A stretch of 64,000 bases of DNA, from assembly GCA_020425605.1 (NCBI GenBank), contig JAGQRH010000001.1, forward strand, positions 92,650 through 156,649, written 5' to 3'. The DNA comes from Planctomycetota bacterium. Lineage in GTDB: Bacteria; Planctomycetota; UBA8742; UBA2392. Positions 6,731 to 15,201 of this stretch are shown piece after piece. Under the pieces are notes generated by a model. That model searched no databases and was not told the DNA's origin. It was given only the letters and a program-made list of their open reading frames with translations. The position numbers were made by a program, and so were the translations under genes. The number at the start of each line of letters is the position of its first letter. Positions within the stretch are counted from its first letter, which is position 1.

Positions 6731-9199
6731 ATGGGCAAACGCGTACTAGTGAGTTTGTTGGCGTCGGCGCTGATTTTCTTGGTGGCCCGCAATGGCGGGG
6801 CCCAGGAGGTCCAGCCGACCCCTGAGCCGGCCCCGCAGTGGTCGTTTCAGCCGGGTGCGTTCCTGACCGCCGACGACTACGAGTACCTCGAGTCCGCTCT
6901 CGGCTGCGTCAACCTCAAGCCCTCAGACCTTAACTACGAGAAAAAGCACAGACCGGACGACAAGTTCCGCCTGAAGGTCTGCGACGACAGCCTGGATCAC
7001 CCGCTTGGCGTGCCCCGCACGGCCGAGCTTGCAGCGCAGGCGTTCAGCGCCGCCGGAGACCCGACGGGCCGGGCACGTCACGCGTCGGCCTTGCTGGATG
7101 CGGCGACGGACCGCTGGAGCGATGTTGAGGTAGCGCACGACGGTGAAACCCGCAAGGCGCTGCAGGACAAGGCTGAGGCGATTCAGAACGCCGGCGACCC
7201 TGCAAAGGCCCGTGCATTGCTCGACAAGGCATTTGAGCGTGCACTGTTCGGTGGCGAAGCAACCCAGGTGCAGGACCTGCCCGAGGCCCATGCAAAGGCC
7301 TGGCAGCCTGAGATGTACGCGCTGGGCCAGGAGTTGTTTGTGCCGCTTGCCGCACTGGCGAGAGCGGCCGATCCGGACGGGGAGTTGGTTCGCAGCGTCG
7401 GCCGGGCAGCGCCGAACCTGGTCGCCGAATCAGAGATATCGATCCCCGGCTGTGAGGATGCAAAAGAGCTGGCCGAGTGGTTCAACCAGGTTGATGTGGC
7501 CGCAGCGATGGGAACCTTCCGGGCCGCCGATCTGACGCTGGTGACACTCCGCGAGAAGTGGGTCGAGGGCTACACGAACATCATCGAGCACGAAGAAGGC
7601 GACGCGCCGTACGCCGGCCCCGCATCCACTGTTAAGGGTGTCACAGGTGGCGTTCTCGCGGCCTGGGAAGGTCCGTACGGGAAGCTGGTAATCGGCGGCG
7701 AAGGCCCGAACACATACGAGGGCGACGACTTTATCGGCATCATCGATCTCGGCGGTGACGACGTGTATCGCGGCCGCGTGGCCTGCGGCCTTGGGATTGC
7801 GGGGCATGCGCCGATCAGCTTCGTGCTGGATTGCGGCGGTAACGACCGCTACGAGGGCGGCGACTTCACGCAGGGCTTCGGCTTCTACGGCGTCGGCATT
7901 CTGCATGACCTCGGCGGCGGGGACGACTACTACAAGTCCCGCTTTTGCTCGCAGGGTTGCGGGCTTTGCGGCTACGGCGAAATCTACGACGACGGCGGTG
8001 ACGATGAATACCGCTGCGACAGCGCCTCGCAGGGTGCTGGCTGCTTCGGCTACGGCCAGTTGACCGACGCCTCGGGTAACGACAGCTATCGCGGCTGCCG
8101 CTTCGTGCAGGGCTTTGCGCAGGTGATGGGCGTTGGTGTGCTCACCGATGGCGCGGGCAACGATGACTACTACGCGGGCGGAAAGTACCTGCACCAGCCG
8201 CTCTGGAATGACCGCTATCAGTCGCTTTCCCAGGGCTTCTCAATCGGCAACCGCAACGACAGCGGCGTCGGTACCGGCGGCGGAGTGGCGCTGCTGCTTG
8301 ATGAGGGCGACGGCAACGACGTCTACACCACCGACATCTACGGCCAGGGCAGCAGCTACTGGTACTCGCTCGGAATGCTGGTCGACACGGGCGGCAACGA
8401 CACATTCACCTTGGGCCAGTACGGGCAAGGCGCGGGCATTCACCTTTCGGCGGCGATCCTGGTGGACCTGTCGGGCAACGACACCTATTCGATGGGAGTC
8501 GGGCTCGGCCAGGGCGCCGCGCATGACTGGGCCGTCGGCTGGCAGATCGACCGCGCCGGCAACGACTTCTACCAGGGCAACGGCCAGGGCATGGGGCTGA
8601 ACTTCTCGGTCGGCATCCTGCTGGATTGCGCGGGCGACGACAGCCACTGCACCAACAATGAAGGAAGCATCGGCAAGGGCTCGAACAACGACATCAGCCT
8701 GCTGCTGGATCTGGCGGGCACGGACAGCTACGGACCCAAGGAAGTCAATGACGGCCAGTTCACCCGCCGGGGCGATCACCAGCTGGTCTACGATGTGCCG
8801 ACCAACTGGTTCCCGGGCATTGACGAGTCAACACTACCGACTGTGCAGGACCCGGCGCCGACAAACGTTGTCGTGCAGCACATCCTGGTTGCCTGGGACG
8901 GCACTGGCGTGGACACGCAGAAGGCCAAGCGAACCAAAGAAGACGCCCAGACGCTGGCAAACAGGATATTGAAGCTCGCACGTACCGCCGGCGCAGACTG
9001 GAGCAGCCTGCAGGACGAGTACAATGAGGATTGCGGTCCCGACGGCAACGGCGGAACCTTTGCACACAACGAGTACCCGGTCTCATCCGACGCAGGGCTG
9101 GTAAAGCCGTTCAAGGACTTGTCTCTGAGCCTCGGCGCGGGGCAGATCGGCATCTGCGAATCCAAGTACGGCTTCCACATCATCAAGCGGATTGAGTAG
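6731..9199 (+). CDS. Exported Gly/Asp-repeat (DxxGxDxY) beta-solenoid protein with C-terminal parvulin PPIase domain
   Basis: Signal peptide; about 12 hhDxxG[DN]DxY repeats, most followed by QGxG; parvulin motifs VQHILV, KPF and YGFHII. Confidence 0.75.
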   Translation: MGKRVLVSLLASALIFLVARNGGAQEVQPTPEPAPQWSFQPGAFLTADDYEYLESALGCVNLKPSDLNYEKKHRPDDKFRLKVCDDSLDHPLGVPRTAELAAQAFSAAGDPTGRARHASALLDAATDRWSDVEVAHDGETRKALQDKAEAIQNAGDPAKARALLDKAFERALFGGEATQVQDLPEAHAKAWQPEMYALGQELFVPLAALARAADPDGELVRSVGRAAPNLVAESEISIPGCEDAKELAEWFNQVDVAAAMGTFRAADLTLVTLREKWVEGYTNIIEHEEGDAPYAGPASTVKGVTGGVLAAWEGPYGKLVIGGEGPNTYEGDDFIGIIDLGGDDVYRGRVACGLGIAGHAPISFVLDCGGNDRYEGGDFTQGFGFYGVGILHDLGGGDDYYKSRFCSQGCGLCGYGEIYDDGGDDEYRCDSASQGAGCFGYGQLTDASGNDSYRGCRFVQGFAQVMGVGVLTDGAGNDDYYAGGKYLHQPLWNDRYQSLSQGFSIGNRNDSGVGTGGGVALLLDEGDGNDVYTTDIYGQGSSYWYSLGMLVDTGGNDTFTLGQYGQGAGIHLSAAILVDLSGNDTYSMGVGLGQGAAHDWAVGWQIDRAGNDFYQGNGQGMGLNFSVGILLDCAGDDSHCTNNEGSIGKGSNNDISLLLDLAGTDSYGPKEVNDGQFTRRGDHQLVYDVPTNWFPGIDESTLPTVQDPAPTNVVVQHILVAWDGTGVDTQKAKRTKEDAQTLANRILKLARTAGADWSSLQDEYNEDCGPDGNGGTFAHNEYPVSSDAGLVKPFKDLSLSLGAGQIGICESKYGFHIIKRIE

Positions 9200-9247
9200 C
9201 GGCGCGTCCATTGCGCATGAGGCGGCGATCACCGATCATTGCCGCTG

Positions 9248-11425
9248 ATGTCGATTACCCGCGAATACAGCCATGCCCGCTGGCACAGCCGTGCCGGCTT
9301 CCTGCTGACCACCATGCTGGTGCTGTTGGCGATGGGTGGGCCGTTCATTGCCACGCGCGGGATCCTGACCCATGGGGCACTGTTTCTTCCGGCCGCCGCC
9401 GGGCTGGTGTTTCTGTTCGGTGGGCCGCTGGTTCGCCTTGCTCTGGCGAGCGGGCGACTGGACCATCGCTTCAGCGGGCGTGAGTCGCTGCAGAGCGTGC
9501 AGACGCTGATTCGCCTTGTGTTTGCCTGCGTGCTGCTTGTCCTTGGCGCGCGTGCATGCAGCTGGCTGTTCAGTGAGTCATTGTTCCCGTTGCCGCAGGG
9601 CGCGCTTGACTATCAGACGCGTGAGTTGACCACCGCCTCCACGGCCTGGCACACGGCGACGACGAACGCAGCATGGTGGGGGATGGGCACCGCGGCGTTC
9701 ATCACGCTCGTGCTGTTGCTGTTCGCGCGGCGCAAGCGTTTGGCCGGGCTCAGCTGGATTGCCGGCTGGCTGCTGGCGGTTGTGATTTCGCTGATGCTGC
9801 TGGGTCTGCTGGTCGGCTATTCCATGCAGGGCACGGGTGCGTTGGCTGCCCTGGCTGCACCTGTGCGGCTGGATGCGCTGCTCTCGCTGCGGTTCTGGGG
9901 AGATGCGGCCGCGGTTGCCATGCTCACGCTTGGTGCGCAGACCGGCATGCTGGTTGCCGCCGGTCGAGGGCTGCCCAAACGTGCGGCCGTCGGGCGCGAA
10001 GCGCGCATCCTCGTGGCTGGCGTAACGTTTCTACTGGTGCTTTCGGCGCTGGCGGGATTGCTGCTGCTTTCGGCCGTCTGCTATCGACAGGGCATTGTGC
10101 CTGAGCCCGCGCACGCGGCACCCGGCGTATTGATCCTCGACGTGATTCCCACGCTGGGCGTCGACCTGTTCCAGGGCTGGCCACTGGAGCTGCGTCCCAG
10201 CGCCCGACAGGTAACGCTGGCATGGTGTTTCATCGTCACGCTGGCGTGCAGCCTTGCGGCGGCGTCCATGCTGGGTGCATCGCGACTGCTGCCGCGCGAC
10301 TGGCGCAGCCGTTCCGCCAGGTTCGGCTACGCGGCTGCATTGGCCTGCTTTGCCACGCTGGTCGTCAGCCTCGCGCTTGGCACCAGCGACGCCTACCTTC
10401 CACTGCTCACCGTGATGCCCGCATTGCTGGCCGTAATCCGCGTGACGATGGCGCGTCGTGCCGGTGCGGGCATGCGTGTGGTCTCGGTGGCGTTCCACAG
10501 CTCTCGGCCGTGGCTTGAGCGCCTGTACCTCACCATGGCCTTCCGTGTTGCCCGCCCGATGCTGTTGCTGGCCGTGCTGGCGGTCGCGCTTTCCCGCCGA
10601 GAGTACAGCCTGATGCTGGCGGGGTTTGCCGTTGCGTTTGCGCTGATCTGGTTCGGGTCGCTGCGGCAGCGCTCACGCAGCCACGAAACCGGCATGTTGC
10701 GGGCAGTGGCGGTAGGTTTGCTGGTGCTGGCCCCGGCGATGCTTGCGGCGGATTCTCAGGCTGTGTCGCCGCTGGAAGCGGCATTCAATCAAGTGCTGGA
10801 TGCGCGCGACGCAACCGCACGTCGCCAGGCGCGCATCGACTTTGAAAACCTTGCCTCACGCCTCTCACTTGAAAACACGGAGGACGCAGCCGTCTTCGTG
10901 CCCGCGATGCGCCGCAAGGCGTTTGCGCTGATCGAGCCGTACGCCGGGCAACCAAGCCCCGATGTCGCCCGCGATGCATGCGCTTGCGTGTTCCTGCTCG
11001 ATCCCACGCACGAGGACTCCTTGCGGCTGGAGCGCCTGTTGCTTGAGCACGATGGCGTCTCGCCGTTTCCGCGTCTCGATGAAGCCTTCTCGGACTACGC
11101 CGCCGGCGAGCCTGCGCCGCTGCTGAACCAGCTCAACGTCATCCATCTGCACATCGGCGGCGAGCGGCTGACGCCACTCCTCGCGGATCCCGATGGTCGG
11201 CCGGGGGCCCAGTTCATGGTGGCGCTGGCCGCTGATCTTCGCGAAGCCTACGGCGCCAGCGGACCGCGCCTGCGTGACTTGCGCCGCTATCTGCTCCAGC
11301 GCGCTACCAGCGAGCGTTCCCTGCTGCGGCCCGATCCTGCGCCCGGCATTGTCTACCTGGTGTGCTTCCTGCTGTCGGCCGGCATGCTGGCGGTGTCGCT
11401 GATGCTCGGCGCCGGCAAGCGCTAG
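9248..11425 (+). CDS. Degenerate neurotransmitter:sodium symporter (NSS/LeuT)-like membrane protein with soluble C-terminal domain
   Basis: WHSRAGFLL (cf. WxSRxGFIL), GGPL..LALASGR (cf. GIPL..LELAxGR), FWGDAA...LTLG..TG; about 12 TM segments; alternative TTG start at 9239. Confidence 0.6.
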   Translation: MSITREYSHARWHSRAGFLLTTMLVLLAMGGPFIATRGILTHGALFLPAAAGLVFLFGGPLVRLALASGRLDHRFSGRESLQSVQTLIRLVFACVLLVLGARACSWLFSESLFPLPQGALDYQTRELTTASTAWHTATTNAAWWGMGTAAFITLVLLLFARRKRLAGLSWIAGWLLAVVISLMLLGLLVGYSMQGTGALAALAAPVRLDALLSLRFWGDAAAVAMLTLGAQTGMLVAAGRGLPKRAAVGREARILVAGVTFLLVLSALAGLLLLSAVCYRQGIVPEPAHAAPGVLILDVIPTLGVDLFQGWPLELRPSARQVTLAWCFIVTLACSLAAASMLGASRLLPRDWRSRSARFGYAAALACFATLVVSLALGTSDAYLPLLTVMPALLAVIRVTMARRAGAGMRVVSVAFHSSRPWLERLYLTMAFRVARPMLLLAVLAVALSRREYSLMLAGFAVAFALIWFGSLRQRSRSHETGMLRAVAVGLLVLAPAMLAADSQAVSPLEAAFNQVLDARDATARRQARIDFENLASRLSLENTEDAAVFVPAMRRKAFALIEPYAGQPSPDVARDACACVFLLDPTHEDSLRLERLLLEHDGVSPFPRLDEAFSDYAAGEPAPLLNQLNVIHLHIGGERLTPLLADPDGRPGAQFMVALAADLREAYGASGPRLRDLRRYLLQRATSERSLLRPDPAPGIVYLVCFLLSAGMLAVSLMLGAGKR

Positions 11426-11489
11426 GCCCGCCGGTTGAGACGGGCGGCAGGCGATATAAAAGGAAGCAACGCATAGCCGGAGGACGACC

Positions 11490-12647
11490 GTGGATTTCGA
11501 GCTGAACGAAGAATTGTCGATGCTGCGCCAGACCGCGCGCGAGTTTGCCGCAAGCGAACTGAAGGCCAAAGCACGCGAGATGGACAAGGCCGAGGAGTTC
11601 GACCGAAGCGTCTTCCAGAAGATGGCCGAGATCGGGCTTACAGCGCTGACGATTCCCGAGCAGTACGGCGGCTCCGGCTTCTATGAAGGCAAGATGGCCA
11701 ACCAGGCCGCAAGCATCACGCTGGAAGAGATCAATCGCTGGTGCGCGAGCACCGGCGTGACGCTCAGCGTCCACATGAGCCTGTTCAGCAGCCTTCTGAC
11801 CAAGTTCGGCAGCGATGAGCTGAAGGCGCGCGTGCTGCCCAAGGTCGCAAGCGGCGAGTGGCTCGGCGCGTACTGCCTGTCCGAAGCCGGCAGCGGCACG
11901 GACGCGGGAAGCCTGGTCTGCGAGGCAAAGAAGGACGGCGACGAGTACGTCCTGAACGGTAGCAAGCTCTGGATTACCAGTGCACCCTACGCGGACGTCT
12001 TCATCGTAATGGCCCGCACAAGCACCGAGCACAAGACCCGCGGCATCAGCAGCTTCCTCGTTGAGGCTGAGCGCAATGGCATCACCATCGGCAAGAAGGA
12101 AAAGAAGATGGGCATCCGCGGCAGCGCCACCAGCGAGGTGCTGTTTGAGGACTGCCGCATCCCCGCCGCCAACCGCATCGGCGATGAAGGCAAGGGCTTC
12201 GGCATCGCGCTCGATACGCTTGATGGCGGGCGGATTGGCATCGCCGCGCAGGCGATCGGCATTGGACGCGCCAGCATGGAAGATGCGACGGACTACTCCA
12301 AGACGCGCGAGCAGTTCGGCAAGCCGATCAGCAGTTTCCAGGCCGTGCAGTGGATGCTGGCCGAGATGGCCATGAACCTGGATGCAGCTCGGCTGCTGGT
12401 GCACCGCGCAGCCTGGCTGCGTGACAACGGCAAACCGTGTGCGTCAGCGGCCGCGATGGCCAAGCTGTTCGCGAGCGAGACGGCCAACAAGTGCGCGAAA
12501 GACGCCGTGCAGATCTTCGGCGGCAACGGCTATAGCAAGGAGTACGACGTAGAGCGCTACTTCCGCGACGCCAAGATTACCGAGATCTACGAAGGCACCA
12601 GCCAGGTCCAGCGCATCGTGATCGCACGTTCACTATTGGGCGATTGA
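11490..12647 (+). CDS. Acyl-CoA dehydrogenase (short-chain/butyryl-CoA type)
   Basis: LSEAGSGTD, NGSKLWIT, KMGIRGS, REQFGKPI, QIFGGNGY and IYEGTSQVQ motifs; RBS GGAGG before GTG. Confidence 0.95.
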   Translation: MDFELNEELSMLRQTAREFAASELKAKAREMDKAEEFDRSVFQKMAEIGLTALTIPEQYGGSGFYEGKMANQAASITLEEINRWCASTGVTLSVHMSLFSSLLTKFGSDELKARVLPKVASGEWLGAYCLSEAGSGTDAGSLVCEAKKDGDEYVLNGSKLWITSAPYADVFIVMARTSTEHKTRGISSFLVEAERNGITIGKKEKKMGIRGSATSEVLFEDCRIPAANRIGDEGKGFGIALDTLDGGRIGIAAQAIGIGRASMEDATDYSKTREQFGKPISSFQAVQWMLAEMAMNLDAARLLVHRAAWLRDNGKPCASAAAMAKLFASETANKCAKDAVQIFGGNGYSKEYDVERYFRDAKITEIYEGTSQVQRIVIARSLLGD

Positions 12648-12650
12648 CCG

Positions 12651-13127
12651 GGGTGTCAGGTTTCAGGTGACGGGTGTCGGGGCGCTGATGAGTGATCCGG
12701 ACGAGATACAGAGCTACCGCGACCTCCGAGTCTGGCAACGTGCGATGGATGCGGCCGAGCTTGTGATGGGGCTGATTGACGATGGCCCCCTGGCAAAGCG
12801 ATATCGCCTTGCGGCGCAGTTGGAGGCCTCTTCGGCTTCGATTCCCGCAAACATTTCTGAAGGCCACGAGCTTGCCACGCGCAAGCAGTACCTTGCGCAC
12901 CTGTACTATGCGCGCGGATCGCTCGCAGAAACGCTTACGTTCCTCGAGTTGTTCGAACGTCGAAAGTTGATTGACACCGATCGCGCGAGGGAGGCGTGGG
13001 GAGTGTTGATAGAAGTCAGAAAGATGCTGTACAAACTGACCTCACGGCTTGAGCAGGGAGCAGCAGTGGCCGAATCAGATCCCGATCCAAGCCCTGACAC
13101 CTTAAACCTGTAACCCGACACCCGACT
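12651..13127 (+). mobile_element. Putative cassette: four-helix-bundle gene flanked by inverted heptamer arms
   Basis: Left arm GGGTGTC AGGTTTC AGGTGAC GGGTGTC (12651-12678); right arm GACACCT TAAACCT GTAACCC GACACCC (13096-13123). Confidence 0.6.
12688..13113 (+). CDS. Four-helix-bundle protein (23S rRNA IVP / bAvd-like family)
   Basis: IQSYRDLRVWQRAM, QL..SSASIPANISEG and L.YARGSLAETLT motifs. Confidence 0.92.
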   Translation: MSDPDEIQSYRDLRVWQRAMDAAELVMGLIDDGPLAKRYRLAAQLEASSASIPANISEGHELATRKQYLAHLYYARGSLAETLTFLELFERRKLIDTDRAREAWGVLIEVRKMLYKLTSRLEQGAAVAESDPDPSPDTLNL

Positions 13128-13187
13128 TGGCCCGTAGCAGGATTGGCCCCGGCGCGGCATAATGAGGGTTCAGCCGCGGAAGAATGC

Positions 13188-14255
13188 ATGTCACAGCCAC
13201 AGCACGCCGATCCGATTATCGGCCAGACCTTCGGGAACGTCGTAGCCCAGCGAATCCTGGGCCGTGGCGGCATGGGTGCTGTGTATCTGGGCCATCACCC
13301 CGGTCTGGACATGATGGTGGCCATCAAGCTGCTGCCTGACCTGTTCGTCGGCAAGCGCGAGATGGTTGAGCGCTTCCTGCGCGAGGCGAGAGTTTCCGGC
13401 CGGTTGCTGCACCCGAACATCGTTCGCACGCTCGACGTCGGACGCGACCACGGCGTTTACTACCTTGTGATGGAGTACGTCGAGGGTGTCGATGCGCAGC
13501 GCCTGCTCGACCGCGAACAACGCTTCACGCCAATGCGCGCCGTGAACATCGCCGGCTTCGTCGCCCGTGCACTCGGTGAGGCGCACGAACAGCAGGTGAT
13601 TCACCGCGACATCAAGCCCGCGAACATCCTGATCGCGCGCGACGGCAAGGTGAAAGTAACCGACTTCGGCCTGGCGCGCAGTTTGACGAACACCGCGACC
13701 GCGCTGACGTTGAGCAACCAGGTCGTCGGCACCCCGAATTACATGGCGCCTGAGCAGATCAAGAGCATGGACGTCGACGTGCGCGTGGACATCTACGCGC
13801 TGGGCGTGACGCTGTGGCAGTTCTTGACAGGTCAACTGCCGTTCGAGGGCGCGACGCCGATGGCCGTGCTGCTGAACGTGGTCGGCGAGAACCTGTCCAT
13901 GCCGCGCGAAGTGTTTGACCCGCTGCCGAAGGAGCTGCGCGAGGCCGTAGTCGCCATGACCGCCAAGGACCCGCGCCGCCGCCTGCCGAACATCCCGGCC
14001 GTGTTGGCCGTGCTGAAGAAAGCCCGCGACGCGCTGCGGAGTGCGGGGCTGGACAGCACAGCGCCGATCACCGGGGCGCCGGTAAGGGCAAGCAGCCCGC
14101 AGATCCAGTCCATTAGCGACTCGGCCGCGCTGCGCAGCACGCATGCACAGCCGCTGCCCCGCAACGATCCGAAGAGCTTCACCAAGGCGCTCGGCAGCGA
14201 CGCCCAGCAGCGCCCACCCCAACGCGGCGCCCCACCCGGCCCCCGCCGGAAGTAA
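13188..14255 (+). CDS. Cytoplasmic Ser/Thr protein kinase (Hanks type)
   Basis: LGRGGMGAVY, VAIK, HRDIKPANIL, DFG, GTPNYMAPEQ; no TM segment. Confidence 0.95.
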   Translation: MSQPQHADPIIGQTFGNVVAQRILGRGGMGAVYLGHHPGLDMMVAIKLLPDLFVGKREMVERFLREARVSGRLLHPNIVRTLDVGRDHGVYYLVMEYVEGVDAQRLLDREQRFTPMRAVNIAGFVARALGEAHEQQVIHRDIKPANILIARDGKVKVTDFGLARSLTNTATALTLSNQVVGTPNYMAPEQIKSMDVDVRVDIYALGVTLWQFLTGQLPFEGATPMAVLLNVVGENLSMPREVFDPLPKELREAVVAMTAKDPRRRLPNIPAVLAVLKKARDALRSAGLDSTAPITGAPVRASSPQIQSISDSAALRSTHAQPLPRNDPKSFTKALGSDAQQRPPQRGAPPGPRRK

Positions 14256-14345
14256 GCCCGCAAAGCCACTGTCCGCATCGCGTATCCACAAACCGGAATG
14301 CAAGCGGCACCGGCAGGGGCTTTGTCCATGCGGTATGCTTGAGGA

Positions 14346-15062
14346 ATGGATGGCAAGCCCAACCTTCCATACCAGTATGAAAGCCCGCTGATGCAGGCAC
14401 CGCACAGTCCACTGGATCTGCCGCGACGCGCCCGGCATAGTGGCCGCGGCCCCGCTATGGCAGCGTTGCTCGCGCTCGTGTGCGCTGGGGTTGTAATCTG
14501 GCTGATCGACGCGACGTCGAAGCCGCGCGACCCTGAGGGATCGCCCTACTATCTCGAAATCAAACAGCAGGGCGACATCCAGGCCGCCCTGCAGGGTGGC
14601 GATGCTCAAGGCGATCTCGATCGGCTGATCGAAGCGCACCCTGACGTGCGCGGGCAGGAATTCTGGGCACTGTGCCTGCGCGAGCGCGCATTTGAGAGCG
14701 TGATTCTCAGGCGGTTTCGTTCATTCCGGTCGGAGAGCGATGAGACGCCCGATTGGGACAACTTTCTGGCTGGCAATGTGAATGAGCCTTGGTGTTCCTA
14801 CACCGGCCCGCGCGCCGATCAGGTCCGCGAGGTGATGGCCCGCAAAGGCAAGGAAAGGGTCATCCTGTTCTGCTTCAACTCGCGCAACTGGAACAATTAC
14901 CCTAACCACGGCGTGTTGGCCACTTGGTCCGACCGCGATTGCGCTACCTACCTCACTCTCGAAGACATGATCGAGACCTACGGCATCACCGCCGAGGAAT
15001 GGGCCGACCCGGCCGAGAAGCTGTTCGGCAAGAAGGCGCCGTTCCAGTTCACTTACGAGTAG
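14346..15062 (+). CDS. Hypothetical membrane-anchored protein
   Basis: Single hydrophobic helix ALLALVCAGVVIWLI followed by a soluble domain; typical codon bias. Confidence 0.6.
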   Translation: MDGKPNLPYQYESPLMQAPHSPLDLPRRARHSGRGPAMAALLALVCAGVVIWLIDATSKPRDPEGSPYYLEIKQQGDIQAALQGGDAQGDLDRLIEAHPDVRGQEFWALCLRERAFESVILRRFRSFRSESDETPDWDNFLAGNVNEPWCSYTGPRADQVREVMARKGKERVILFCFNSRNWNNYPNHGVLATWSDRDCATYLTLEDMIETYGITAEEWADPAEKLFGKKAPFQFTYE

Positions 15063-15068
15063 CCGTCA

Positions 15069-15098
15069 GCCCGGGATTCGAATCCCGGGCCTATTTTC
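15069..15098 (+). terminator. Probable terminator hairpin
   Basis: gcccgggatt-cg-aatcccgggc followed by ctattttc. Confidence 0.6.
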
Positions 15099-15201
15099 GG
15101 CAGCTGGTCCTTGAGCAATCCTCGGCTGCAGGCCCGGCACTGGCGTGCCGGGCTGACGCTTGGACTGGCGCTTCGACGCTCTGGGGCTATATTTCCGGCC
15201 C

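Noticed and set aside
14346-15062. Pseudopilin (H-X9-DG) call for the hypothetical protein
   Set aside because: No GFTLxE prepilin cleavage motif, and the C-terminal H…SD spacing does not fit.
15069-15090. GGGATTCGAATCCC resembling a tRNA T-arm
   Set aside because: Self-complementary palindrome with no acceptor stem, D-arm, anticodon arm or CCA; treated as a hairpin/terminator.
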